Shown: positions 24,901-39,100 of the stretch, one piece after another | How positions within the stretch are numbered: position 1 is the stretch's first letter | Layout: each line of letters opens with the position of its first letter | Assembly (NCBI GenBank): GCA_051362555.1 | Contig: CM120645.1 | Coordinates: 15,128,001-15,192,000 of the forward strand | Length of the DNA stretch: 64,000 nucleotides | Direction: 5' to 3' | Origin: Lingula anatina | Taxonomy: Eukaryota > Animalia > Brachiopoda | Notes under the pieces: model-generated | Database searches by the model: none | Told to the model about the DNA's origin: nothing | Seen by the model: only the letters and a program-made list of their open reading frames with translations | Translations under genes and position numbers: made by a program

Positions 24901-27900
24901 GTCCCTAATTTCCCAAACTGTTTTAATGTGTATACACATCCCACCACATACCCACCTCCTGTACAGTCTTTTCCCGGGTCAATTCTAAAACGTTGACCAT
25001 CCTGTTACTATCTTTTTGTATCTAAAGAAATAAGGAAGGATACAACAGTCATGCTTCACAACAAAATCTCCACCAGTAGGGCTGCTTCACAAAACTGCTA
25101 AGATAAAAAAGTTTTGGCAAAGACTGCTAAGAAAAAAAAAAATGCTGCTTTCCATTTCCCCCCTGTAACTCCAAGAGTTAATCCTGTTGTGTTTTGGCCT
25201 TGATTTTTTCCAGTAATCCAAACTACATCGGCATTTGGTAAAATGCACAAAGACCAAGTTTGTTTTATAGTTATCTTTCCATAGTCAGCTATCCAAGTTT
25301 AGCAGTCTAAGCTAAGCCCCCAAACTTTAGAGACTTTTTGTGAAACAGCCCCCTGCTTTGGTAGCATCACCAACACAGTGGCAGAGCTGTGCTGGCTGAA
25401 ATAACCCTAGATGGCACCACTGTTTCTGCAGATCTGAAGCCATTTTGGGAGCAGGATCATGGGAGGAAACAGTTGGTGTAATACAAGGTTATTTCATTTT
25501 CGACCACTTGTTGATGATCTGTTCCCAAATATACATCCAAAGGTCAAGACAGCATCAAAAAAAAACTTTATCAATTTTGCTAAATCCAATTCTGGTCATG
25601 CCAAACCTCAAAAAAACAATGGTTTCTAAATATAATGCCATCGTGTTTTCCATTGGATGATTCTTGTCCCGTCCAGATGCATCAAAAATAGCCTAGACTC
25701 TATTCTACTGCCAGTGGTTCCTTCAGGTACTTTCCTGTTCCCCTTACCTCTTGCACTACTGTCTGTTGAAACAGGGGTATTAAAGGATTCATCCGAGGGA
25801 TGTCTATATGGATCTGTGGACAGAAAGAGGGCAAAAACGCACTGCGCTACTCATTGCAGATAATACAAATCAGTATTTAGAATACACAGTGGATCCCAGT
25901 GAATCATGAAACATATTGGGCAAATACTGAAATCAAACCAGCTAGGATTCAAATGTGAAATCAGATTTCAATAAATCACCCAAAGAGTTTAAATAAATCG
26001 AGACATAATGTAGCAATTTATAGATCACTGTGAACATTTAATTAACTTTTTACACCCTTCCAGATTTTCCTACCACTGATGCCAGTGAGACCTATCAAAG
26101 CATACACTAATACTTACCCAAAACCACTCAATTGTTGCTAGGATATTGCAAACTTAAAAATGTTCCTTAATAAATAATTTTCTATGATCAACAATCAATA
26201 ATAAAAAAGAAATTTCAAATACTGATCCACAACATTGTACTTTAACATAAATATCTCTCTCCTGTGCAAATATGATTAAAATCTACTAATAGTAGGTAAA
26301 TTTAACTGAATTATATTTAAGTGCAAATCATCCATTCTAGAGATCCCATAATAAAGCTACCTACAGCTGCTACACGTTGTAACAGAACTCGGGAGTGCAA
26401 CCAATATAATACACAATATAACAAGTTAAGATTGCTACATGAACTATAAAATCAACCATACCCAACAATCCTAAAACCACCATTTAGCAGACTTGATGAG
26501 GATTCAATCAAACCAACTGAAAATTTATACTATAAACCTGCTTATCAACTGTGCCTAACTCCATAAACAGGAGCTTAACCGCTATGTTAACCTAAAGACA
26601 ATTCAATTCTTCATGACCTTGACCCATTGTGACCTTGACCTTTCTACTCACCTGCCTAAATGTGTTCGCGTGTGGCTCTGAGTGCCGCGTGTCAAAATAT
26701 TGCTCTATAAAGCCAAAGTATTCTTTTCTCTTCCTCTGTAATGTGGGATCCCTTCTGTCTATACTGCCTGGGAGATAACCCTGGAAATGAAATATTAAAA
26801 TATGTGGAGATTCAGTCTTTTTATGATAATTTTGATGGTGAAATTACTAAATGAATTTTTCCCCTACATTTTGTTAACTTTTGTTTCCATCTCTCTCTCT
26901 CTTTTTCTCTCTCTCTCTCTTTTTTTTATTTATTTATTTATTTATTTTTTTTTTTTTTTTGTGGAGAAGGGCAAATTTTGCAAATTAGGAGATCAAAAAG
27001 AGAAAAAAAATTGATTTACATCTGCCGAAAAAAGACAAATTGCAACTTATTTCATGACTTAAGTTAAGAACATTTTTAAGGCTTAAAATACGAAACCCAA
27101 AAGCAAAACTGAAATGCTTCACCAGTTTTATACTTTCACTCACAGATAAAATTTTCCAAGTGACTGGTCTCACTGCTTTAGGAATGCCAGACCAGCTCAA
27201 TTTTGCTAGCTCATCTGAAAAATTGAAGAACTAAAATGAGCATTTCTCAAACTTGTTTTCTTGTAACCTGTCTTTACAGACAAGAGTCTGATATCCTCAT
27301 ATATAAAGAAAAGCTTTGAGCTAAACTTATGTCAAATACACATTTATTCATTTATAAATAAAGCTGATAACTTTGGTAGGTCTCACTAAACATATGTAAA
27401 CTTTGGCTCATAAGGACTTCCTGATAAAAAATTCAACAGAACTATTGAAAGTTGAATGAAAAGTTGTAAGATATTTCTTATTTCTTGACAAAGCACTTTT
27501 TCTGTCGTTAGGGCATGTTTTGGCACAAAACAACACTCTTTGGTATAGATGGCATTTTTAAGGGCACCCTATAGTAGTACATTAACAGCAATTCTTAAAC
27601 AGATCATTCCAACCATTACCTAAATTCATGTTAGGAGTTGACAACACAGACTGGAACTTGTCCAGCTTACTGGCCTCCCTGTCTGGCACAGGCATTTGGG
27701 CAAGACGGACATGTGTCTTGGGGACATCATTCCTGGTATGCTGTGCCAGCCGTACTCCAATCCCGGGCCCTGTGTGAGCATGGTGGTGCTGCTGAGAGCG
27801 TGGGGGACTGGATCCTGGAGTATAACATACACTGACATTGAACAATTTTATAGAACAGGGGATGCTGTAATAGAATGGACTTGGGAAGTATTCTTTTTTT

Positions 27901-28091
27901 TCAATCAGTCAATTTCATTTTCTTTACTGAATTTATCATTTAGTTGCTGGTCATGTATTTTAAAAATTTCACAATTTTGCAAAACAAAGAATTAGAATGA
28001 AAATTGACAGATGTCTTATCCAAATGAAGCATGCATTGAGGCGTAAACATACTTACACGCATGCAGAACCGTCAAACAAACTCACATGTTT

Positions 28092-28149
<58 letters not shown>

Positions 28150-28300
28150 TCTCTCTCTCTCTCTCTTTCTTTCTTATATAAACATGCACACACATGCACT
28201 TAAACACGTGCTTAAACAACCACATGCACTCACTGCATACCTGTAATTAAAAGAGCAATCACACATCAATCCAACCATACACACGTGCACACACACACAT

Positions 28301-28334
<34 letters not shown>

Positions 28335-29695
28335 TTACCTGCTGTCCCCCCTCCCCTGTTAGAAGCACCATTGGTAGGCAGCCTGTGCTGAGACTGGCTG
28401 TGATTGTGAAGGACTGTTAGGGCAGTGGATTCCACATCTTTCATAGATAACTGCACATTGGCCATTGTGACTAGGTCATCATCGCCATCGTCCCAGGCAT
28501 CACTGGTTTTATTTTCATAATCTCGGAAGGAGTCATTTGACTTCGATCCTTTCTTTGTGGGTGTGGTTGGCATGCTGTGTATAACAAGTATAACAACATA
28601 CATTATAGGTGTGTACCAGTAAACATGTGGAAAGGATTCATCAGCAATGTACTGTAATTTCAACAGAGATGTAGAAGTTCTTTTTGGCTAAAGTTTCAGT
28701 TCATATCTCAACATATCGACAAAAGAACTTCTACTTTTCTATATACATAGCAGTAGCTTATATGATATAAAAGATATTTAGACAAATCAAATATTGCTGA
28801 CTTAACAGTGATAGACTAGCACAATTTTTGCAGTATACGCATATAATATTGAGTGTTTGGTAAAAGGTCCAAATTCTAACATGGGCTTAGGCATAAGTGT
28901 AAAGATAGTTATCACAGTACAACTGTTTTATCTTGACACCTCAGGACTAGTTCTGTACCTCACCTTGCTGGTTTACTTTGCATAGGTGGATGCTGTGCTC
29001 CATATACTGGCTTGATGCTAAAATTAAACAACCACAAATATATATATAAATAAGTTCCACAAACCATTCTAGACAAAAGTCCCAACAAAAAACCTAATAA
29101 AGCATTGCATCTCCATGGTATTATCATGTACAATCTGCAAACAGTAAATATGATAACTAAGTTTCAAAGACAGTTAAAATTTTCACTGTTTCTGAAATAC
29201 TTTTTGCATCTTACTCTTCACCTATAAACAAGCATCAAAACTCAGGGACAAAATAAATAATTAACAGAAATGGCGCCATTCTTACTTGAAAAAAATATAA
29301 CCTTACTATATCTTCTGCAACACCACAACACACACAATTAAGTTATCAATTCAAATTATATCATGACTCGGGGAAAATCCCTTCAAATTTTATTACCTCT
29401 GTTTCCCCAAGTCTCAACTCGTGTAATAAAACGGATTCGTGACGTCAAGAAAAACGGGCCTCTATTCAAATTTCTTACATCGCTGACTTCACAAAATTAT
29501 ATCAGAATATCGACGCAGATAACTATCCGCAGTAAGTGCAACTGTTAATGACAACTTTGACAAATGTAAAATGTTGTGACAAACGCGAAATGGAAAAAAA
29601 TCTCTGACCCACCTCCCCGGCACAGATTTATTCCCTTTCTTAAAGTACACTCCTCCTACGCTTCCTTTATGGTTTGGTCCTCCAGGAGCAGACAT
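21935..29695 (-). CDS. TBC1D22B: TBC1 domain family member 22 (Rab GTPase-activating protein, Gyp1-like), 497 aa, 12 coding exons
   Basis: Exons (minus) 29613-29695, 28964-29017, 28339-28574, 27620-27814, 27144-27214, 26652-26780, 25748-25813, 23814-23934, 23415-23597, 22872-22999, 22232-22327, 21935-22066 = 1494 nt. Contains VPGSIKPVYGAQHPP, LSWSGIP, R-finger IHIDIPR, Q-finger GYVQGMNDL, EADSFWC, LQFAFRWMNNLLMRE, LAEAYKLKYMFADAP. The A/B suffix is nominal for an invertebrate gene. Confidence 0.96.
25079..25352. mobile_element. Harbinger-like MITE (family B)
   Basis: TIR GGGCTG(C/T)TTCACAAAA at both ends. Confidence 0.65.
28095..28330. repeat. Compound (CA)n/(CT)n microsatellite cluster in TBC1D22 intron 3
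   Basis: CA runs at about 28095-28148 and 28276-28330, CT run at about 28150-28165. Confidence 0.93.
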
Positions 29696-30318
29696 ACCAG
29701 GATTTTCACCCCATCTAGCCAAGCTTCATATTGCTTACTTCATTGTGAGCATGTTTGAAAGCGAATATAATGATTGAAAGTTTATAAACAGCACTATCTC
29801 CACCACGTAAGTTGACCCACGGAGAACCTTGACACAGTTATACGGACTGCTTATGTCAAAGTTTCTTATTGGATATTAATACTTCAGTTACTAATACTTA
29901 TCTAATACGTTTTTGAATAAAATATCATAAACTACCATGTTATTTGTCACCATAGTTAATCTTCGATCTCTATTTTATTATTTTATTTTTTATTTGGAAA
30001 TTTCCATTCGGTAAATTTGTGAACAGTAGTTCCGCAGCGAATAAGTAAAAGCGGCCCACACACTTCCGCATTTGGTTTGAGTGTTGTCATTCTGAAGATT
30101 ATTAGTCACGATGAGATTCTAAAACCGTAGACTCTAGTACGCGAGAGCATATGTGTTGCTAGATTTTTTGCACTTATATTCCATTTTTGATAGTTTATCT
30201 GAAAGTTTTTGGCTTGGGAAATTTAGGCGTACTGACTTCTACTTACGTAGATGAGGCAATTTACGTTGTAACGCGGAGCTTTGAGAACATTTAATCGAAA
30301 TCGAAGAGTGCAAGAGCA
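29696..30318. promoter_or_regulatory. Putative bidirectional promoter and 5' UTRs between TBC1D22 and the uncharacterised gene
   Basis: Divergent ATGs separated by only 623 bp; CpG retained locally; ETS-like CACTTCCG at 30061. Confidence 0.6.
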
Positions 30319-33102
30319 ATGGAGTTTCAGCTGAAAACCCTTTTACTGCTGGTAATTTTACTGGTCCTTCTGTCAGGTATGCTTATTTATTTTGGAATCG
30401 TATTGTACTAGTACCCATAAAAATTCGCTTGATTAACGCATATGCAAATTAAAAAATTTAAAAAAAAACTTAAAACCAGTGCATGAAGTTCAGAAATAGT
30501 GTAATTGCAAATTGTGTCTATAAGTCATAATATTTAAAACAAAAAATTAATACTTTTTTGTTTTAATTTCATTTATTTTGTTTAAATGTATCATGTAGAT
30601 CTATTTTTGTAAAAGATTATTATTATTTTTTATTTTTTGTTGCTTTTATTATCATTGTTGTTGTTGTTGTTGTGCAGTATCTGATGCTGCCCAGTGCTCA
30701 AACCCTATAGATTATGTCCTGATAGCACCAGAAAACTATGATAGGTAAGCAACACCTCTTAACAGCTAGGTATACTGCTTGTTTTTGAGACACATTTTTT
30801 ATGTACAGACACAGATGTGTCTGTACATATTGCCATCACCTGCGTCTGTCGTCGCCGATGCCGATGCCGATGGCGATGCCGATGCCGATGCCGTCGCCGT
30901 GCACTTTCCTTGTAAACACGATAAGTGGAAGGCAGTTTTACTTTTTGGCTTTATATTTAAAGAGCTGATGAATATTCATAAAACGCAGGTCAAGTTCGAA
31001 AATCAGCATGATCGGGCCATTATTGTAGAAGTTATGCTGTTTTTTTCACTTTTCAGCTTTTATGCAACCTTGTAAACACATTTTAAGGAAAACCGTTAGG
31101 CCTATTGTCATGAAACTCACAGGAATGGTCAGTCTTACTAAAACGCAGGTTGAGTTCGAAAATCAGCATAATCGGGGCATTATTTTAGAAGTTATGCTGT
31201 TTTTTTCACATTTCTTCAGATTTCCTCAGATTTAATTCTTAGGCATGTTAATAGCCTTATTATTTAAGTAATAAGATACGTAAAAGTGTTTGTTTGACAT
31301 TTCCTGCATCTTTACAACATTGTTAGTTGATTATGTAAAAATGATGGTAAACTTGTTATCGTGTATTGTGTAATAAAGTGTCAAAAATGGAAATAAACTC
31401 ATATCATTGCAGTTTGTCAGATTCAATCATTCACTATGTTCAGAATCTCAGAATGGAAGAAATTGGACATTTAACACTGTTCTATTGATATTTTTCACAT
31501 CTCATCAATTTTCTTAGTTGATCTTATAAAAATGGCAGTAACCTATTAATTTTGTTTTATGTTAAAAAAGTGTTAAAAATGGAAATAAACCCATTTCAGA
31601 ACAGTGCAGTCTTGTTTACATTTTGGCATCTTTAAAGGGTTTGCTTCATGCCGTCAGAATGGCCTGAACGGAACATATTCTTCAGAAAACATGCCCAACT
31701 AACGATATCTTAATCCAAATACACAAATTAAAAGCTCATTTTGTAAATTTTTCGCTTTAAAAAACGTCCTATTTGCTCGGCCTGGGAGTTAATGAGCTAC
31801 GTGGTCACGTGGTCCAATGACGACAATCGTGCCACTGGAGAACAGAGCGTGCTTAGCTGTCAAACTGAGCTGCATTGTCTACCTGTAAGATGACTTCTCT
31901 ATCTGGCTTCTGATAAAAGTTTATACTCATTCAAATCTCTTACCCGAGGGGTCTAAATCCTCGTGAAGCTGTGTAAAACCATTTCCCGTCTAGTCATTTC
32001 TTTAACAAGCATTTCATTATGGTTATCCCAAGTTGTATAAAACACTGCATTTGAATGAGTTAAGGGAAATGTTGATTATTGCATATGAAGTCCATGTTAT
32101 TTGTGAAATTCAATTTATTTTATTAAACCGCTGACACTCCGTCTTGCATACTTTTATTAAACTGAGGTAAACAATGCCCGTTACCTTGACAAGTCCTATC
32201 TTAATCATCCATCTAACTGGAACTTCCTTTACCTCTTAATTAGAGGGTTAAATGGCATTCAATTTGTCTTGCTTGTATCGAACGCACTCTCTATCTAAGC
32301 TTTACTCCAGTTATCTCAGGTAAAATCTACCTGTGCGTTAGTTACAAAGCGCAGCTCCCGTAGACCTGGGGGTACTAGATAAAATCTGAACACCAGGTTT
32401 ATCGAGGAGCTAGAGAAAGAAAGGAAGAATTTTTCCTGCACAACTTCATAGGAATTTTAACACGGACTTGATCCAGCTTAGACCTCCAAACTAACAGGGT
32501 GACATGGGCAATTTTCACAAACAAATCATAAAACTATATTTCAGTTAACCGCCTTTAAAATAAATATACCGTTCTGGGTAAATTAAAATAGTTATTAAAT
32601 CGCAAGAATATTTTTGACTTAAATGATGATTTTATTATTAATGGAAATTAAGCTACTATATGAGGTACATTTGCTGTGATTACGGTACGCTGTCCTTCAT
32701 GTTTTGCGTAAGTCTACATTTTGCTGTATGTGCTTGTAATCTTTTTAAATATGTGCGTACAATTTTTGCAGGTCTGGTTACCCCCCTGTTATGTGATGAG
32801 AGTATTAATTTGGCAATTAGTTCCTTAGCTTATTTGAATAGAATTGCAGTGTAAAATTTTCAACAAGATGTTGGCGAAATAGTCCATTACTCTTTGTAGG
32901 TATTTCCCCCGTCAAAGTTTGTCTAAAATTATCTTTCAATCTTTACTCTTTCAAAGACAGTATAAAGTTACCTGACATATTTTCGTGTAAACTTAATGAC
33001 AAGCCAAGTGTCTCCAGTTCATTCCGTACTCAATTTTACCCAAGCAAATTTTTTTCTTGAGTAGATCTTTATAATAGCACGGTGTTATAAGCTTACAAAT
33101 TT

Positions 33103-33138
<36 letters not shown>

Positions 33139-36100
33139 CGTACTGACGCAGAATTTGCGTTTCAAGTTATAAAATGATCAATCTTTTAAATTATTTAATA
33201 TTTCAGATGAAATAATCTTCAGAAACAAATCCTCAAAGCATAAACGAATTAGGATAACAAACCATTTTATTATAGCAGTTCCCATTTTTTCTTTAATATA
33301 ACGCTCTTTTTCCTGTTTTTCCTCAACACGTTTTCTTCCACGGAAGCTTCAAGATACCCTGAGAGCAATTTCTTTTATTAATGTTCGCGACCGTGTTTGA
33401 ACTTAATTGTTTAAGTATTGATATTTAACGTCATTTACAAATACCAATAAAATAACCCCATGAAATAAATGAGATATATTGAAAAATATGAAAGCCCACC
33501 AAGACGAGTTTCATACCTGTTATTACCTGGCTTGGGAATTGCAGCGGTGCATAATTAACAGGTTTGTTGTAAACGAGCTTTTGGTCAACTACAATGCATT
33601 TAAAATGCATCAGCAATCAGTAAGTTTGCCAACTGATGACAGTTAATCTGAAAGACTACCAGCTCTTGATATGATCTAAACCACCTGAGGTGACCATGAT
33701 CTAGAGCATCGCAACTATTGTCACCGAAGTTAGTAAGTAAGTCACGGAAGACCGTCACAGACAAAGAAAGATTGTCAACGAGAGCTGCAATTTTGCTGAA
33801 TCCCACGGCAACACACCGAGGCATAACGAAAATTCCTCAACTCCGTTCTACACAACTTTCCTTAACTTCTCCGTCTGTATGCAACATGCAGCTCAGAGTC
33901 TCATAGACCTTTATCGTGATTGTCGTCACAGTACCACGTGACCCAGATCTGTTGCTTCATTTTTGCATATTGAGGTGAGGTTTACTAAAACGCTTTTTTT
34001 TCTACTAATAGATTGTTTTTATAATTTTTAGATGGCGGGGATCGATTAAAGCATACCTCTAGTGTATAGATTGAGTGCTGTATCTTCAAAATTCGAGAAA
34101 TGGATTTTTACATGAACATTGTCCTTTAAGTCGTGACTTTGAAGTTCCATCGGCCTGAAAACCTTTGTTAGTCACGTTTACTATTTGTCCATGATACTAA
34201 TATTTTATTATAAAAAATTGATGATCATTATGCTGTTAAGCATTATGTAATATTGCATCAAAATTTGAAAAAAACCTATTTTGGGCACTGCTCCCATGAT
34301 GACCATTTAAGAAAAACCATGTCACTTACTGTTCTCAAACAGTACAGTTGATATGTACAGATGTGTCTGTACATATTGCCATCACTTGCGTCTGTCGTCC
34401 CCGTCGTTGCTGTCACTGTCGCTGTCGCCGGCGCCATGCACTTTCATTGTAAACACGATAAGTGGAAGGCAGTTTTACTTTTTGGTTGTATATTTACAGA
34501 GCTGATGAATATTCATAAAATGCAGGTCAAGTTCGAAAATCAGCATGATCAGGCCATTAATGTAGAAGTTATGCTTTTTTTTTCACTTTTCAGCATATAT
34601 GCAACACTGTAAACACAATATAAGAAAAACAGATAGGCCAATTGTCATTAAACTCACAGGAGTGGTCATTCCTGCTAAAACGCAGGTTGAGTTCAAAAAT
34701 CAGCATAATCGGGCCATTATTTTAAAGAAATGCAGTTTTTTCACATTTCCTCAGATTTAATTCTTAGGCATGTAAACAGTTTCATTATTAAACTAATAAG
34801 ATACGTAAAAGTGTGTGTTTGGCATTTCCTGCAATTTTACAACATTATTAGTTGATTATGTAAAAATGATGGTAAACTTGTTATCGTGTATTGTGTAATA
34901 AAGTTTCAAAAATGGAAATAAACTCATATCATTGCAGTTTGTCAGATTCAATCATTCACTATGTTCAGAATCTCAGAATGGAAGAGATTGGACATTTAAC
35001 ACTGCTCTGTTGATATTTTTCCCATCTCATCAATTTTCTTAGTTGATCATATAAAAATGGCAGAAAACTGTTAATTTTGTTTTATGTTAAAAATTGTTAA
35101 AAATGAAAAAAAAAACATTTCAGAACAGTGCTGTCTTGTTTACATTTTGGCATTTTCAAGTTGTGACTTTGAAGTTCCATGGGCCTGAAGACCTTTGCTA
35201 GTCACATTTTCTGAATATCCATAATACTAATATTTTATTATTAAAGTTGATGGTCATTATGCTGTTAAACATTATGTAATATTGCATCAAAATTTGAAAA
35301 AAAAAAAAAAAACTATTTTGGGCACTGCTCCAATGATGACCATTTAAGAAAAACCATGTCATTTACTGTTCTCAAACTTACAGGAAAGAAACAACGGACT
35401 AAAATACAGCTTCAGTAGGAAATACAGTCTGTTTGGTAATTCTTACTGCCAGTTAAACAGTTATTTTGTGAAAATTTAATTTTTCACATATTGGCATTTT
35501 TAAGGTGTGACTTTGAAGTTCCACGGGCTTGAAGACCCATGCTAGTCACATTTTCTGAAAATCCATGATACGTATATTTTATTATTAAAAATTGACAGTC
35601 ATTATGCTGTTAACCATTATGTAATATTGCATCAGAATAGAAGAAAACACAATTTTGGGTGCTGCTGCCATGATGACCATTATGGGAAAACCATGTTACC
35701 TATGATTGCCAAACTTTCAAAAAAGAAATACAGGACTAAAATGCAGTCTGAGTTGGAAAAGCAGTCTAAGTGACTTCTTTTTCTGGAAGTTATACATTTT
35801 CAAAGTGTAAACTTGTCACATATTTTAATTACATTGGTATTACCTGTTGAGGATAATTAAAATTTGATGTTGAATTTGCAGTTTAACATAATGTATTTTT
35901 GCATCAGAATTGACAGTAGCTTATTTTGTGCATAGTTATTTCCTGTTTTTTGTCTGTACATTTGACAGCTTTGCTGCCTTGTTTTTCTTTTTTATGTACA
36001 GACACAGATGTGTCTGTACATATAGCCATCATCTGCGTCTGTCGTCGCCGTCGCCGTCATCGCTGTCGCCGTCGTCGCCGTCGCCGTGCACTTTTACCGA

Positions 36101-39100
36101 TAACACGATAAGTGGAAAACTGTTTTTTCTTTTGGCTTGAAACTTACAGAACTAATGAATATTCATAATACGCAGGTCAAGTTCGAAAATCAGCATGATC
36201 GGGTCACTTATAGGGAATTTATGCTGTTTTTTCACTTTTTTCAGCATAAGTGAAGCACCGATAACACGATAAGTGGAAAACTGTTTTACTTTTTGGCTTG
36301 AAACTTACAGAACTGATGAATATTCATAATACGCAGGTCAAGTTCGAAAATCAGCGTGATTGGGTCATTTTTAATGAATTTATGCTATTTTTTCTCTTTT
36401 TTCAGCATAAATGCAGCACCGATAACATGATAAGTGGAAAACCATTTTACTTTTTGGCTTGAAACTTACAGAACTGATAAATATTCATAATACGCAGGTC
36501 AAGTTCGAAAATCGGCATGATTGGGTCATTTTTTAGTGAATTTAGGCTATTTTTTCTCTTTTTTCAGCATATATATACAGCACCGATAACACGATAACTG
36601 GAAAACCATTTTGGCTTTTGGCTTGAAACTTAGAGAACTGATAAATATTTATAATACGCAGGTCAAGTTCGAAAATCAGCATGATCGGGTGACTTGTAGG
36701 GAAGTTATGCTGTTTTTTTTTTTACGTTTTTCAGCATATATGCAGCACCGATAACACGATAAGTGGAAAACAGCTTTACTTTTTGGCTTCAAACTTACAA
36801 AACTGATGAAGATTCATAATCCGCAGATCAAGTTCAAAAATCAGCATGATCAAGACATTTTTAGGGGAGTTATGCTATTTTTTCACTTTTTTCAACATAT
36901 ATGCAACACTGATAACACTATATAAGAAAAACAGATAGGCCAATTGTCATTATACTTACAGGAGTGGTCAATCTTACTAAAGTGCAGGTTGAGTTGGAAA
37001 ATCAGCATAATCTGGCCATTATTTTAGAAGTTATGCTGTTTTTTCACATTTCCTCAGATTCAATTCTTAAGCATGTTAACAGTCTCATTATTTAACTAAT
37101 AAGATACGTAAAAGTGTTTGTTTGATATTTCCTGCATCTTTACAACATTGTTAGTTGATTATGTAAAAATGATGGTAAACTTGATATCGTGTATTGTGTA
37201 ATAAAGTGTCAAAAATGGAAATAAACTCATATCATATCATATTGCAGTTTGTTAGATTCAATCATCAACTATGTTCAGAATCTCAGAATGGAGGAAATTG
37301 GACATTTAACACTGTTCTATTGATATTTTTCCCATCTCATCAATTTTCTTAGTTGGTCATATAAAAATGGAAGTATACTGTTTATTTTGTTTTGTTTAAA
37401 AAGTGTTAAAATGGAAATAAACCCATTTCAGAACAGTGCTGTCTTTTTTTACAGTTTGGCATTTTTAAGATGTGACTTTGAAGTTCCATGAACCTGCAGA
37501 TCTTTGCTAGTCACATTTTCTGAATATCCATGGTACTAATATTTTATGTTTAAAAATTGATGGTCATTATGCTGTCTAAAAACATTATGTAATATTGCAT
37601 CAAAATTTGAAGAAACCCCTATTTTGGGCACTGCTCCCATGATGACCATTTAAGGAAAGTCATGTCACTTACTGTTCTCAAACTTACAGGAAAGAAACAT
37701 GGGACTAAAATACAGCTTCAGTAGGCAATGCAGTCTGTTTGGTAAATTTTTCTGGTAGTTAAGCAGTTTTTTTGTGAAAATTTAATTTTTATGTACAGAC
37801 ACAGATGTGTCTGTACATATTGCCATCACCTGCGTCTGTCGTCGCCGTCGCCGTCGTCGCTGTCGCCGTCGCCGTCGTCGCCGTGCACTTTCCTTGTAAA
37901 CACGATAAGTGGAAGACAGTTTTACTTTTTGGCTTTATATTTACAGAGCTGATGAATATTCATAAAACGCAGGTCAAGTTCGAAAATCAGCATGATCGGG
38001 CCATTATTGTAGAAGTTATGCTATTTTTTCACTTTTCAGCATATATGCAACACTGTAAACACATTTCAACAAAAACCAATAGGCCTGTTGTCATGAAACT
38101 CACAGGAAAAATTGATCTTACTAAAACGCAGGTCAAGTTCGAAAATCGGCATGATCGGGCCACTTTTTTAGTAGTTATGCTTTTTTTCACTTTTCAGCAT
38201 ATATGCAACACTGTAAACACAATATAAGGAAAACAGATAGGCCAATTGTCATTAAACTCACAGGAGTGGTCATTCCTGCTAAAATGCAGGTTAAGTTCAA
38301 AAATCAGCATAATCGGGCCATTATTTTAGAAGTTATGCTGTTTTTTACATTTCCTTAGATTCAATTCTTAGGCATGTTAACAGTTTCATTATTTAATTAA
38401 TAAGATGTGTAAAAGTGTTTTTTTGACATTTCCTGCATCTTTACAACATTGTTAGTTGATTTTGTAAAAATGATGTTAAACTTGTTATTGTATATTGTGT
38501 AATAAAGTTTCAAAAATGGAAATAAACTCATATCATTGCAGTTTGTCAGACTGAATCATTCACTATGTTCAGAATCTCAGAATGGAGGAAATTGGACATT
38601 TAACACTGCTCTATTGATATTTTTCCCATCTCATCAATTTTCTTAGTTGGTCATATAAAAATGGCAGTAAACTGTTAATTTTGTTTTATGTTAAAAATGG
38701 AAATAAACCCATTTCAGAACAGTGCTGTCTTGTTTACATTTTGGCATTTTCAAGTTGTGACTTTGAAGTTCCATGGGCCTGAAGACCTTTGCTAGTCACA
38801 TTTTCTGAATATCCATGATACTAATATTTTATTATTAAAAATTGATGGTTATTATGCTGTTAAAAATTATGTAATATTGCATCAAAATTTGAAAAAAATC
38901 TAATTTGGGCACTGCTCCCATTGTGACCATTTAAGAAAAACCATGTCAATTACTGTTCTCAAACAGTACAGTAAATATATATAAATGTGTCTGTACATAT
39001 TGCCATCACCTGCGTCTGTCGTCGCCATCATAGCCGACGCCGGCGCCTTGCACTTTCATTGTAAACATGATAAGTGGAAGGCAGTTTTACTTTTGGTCTT

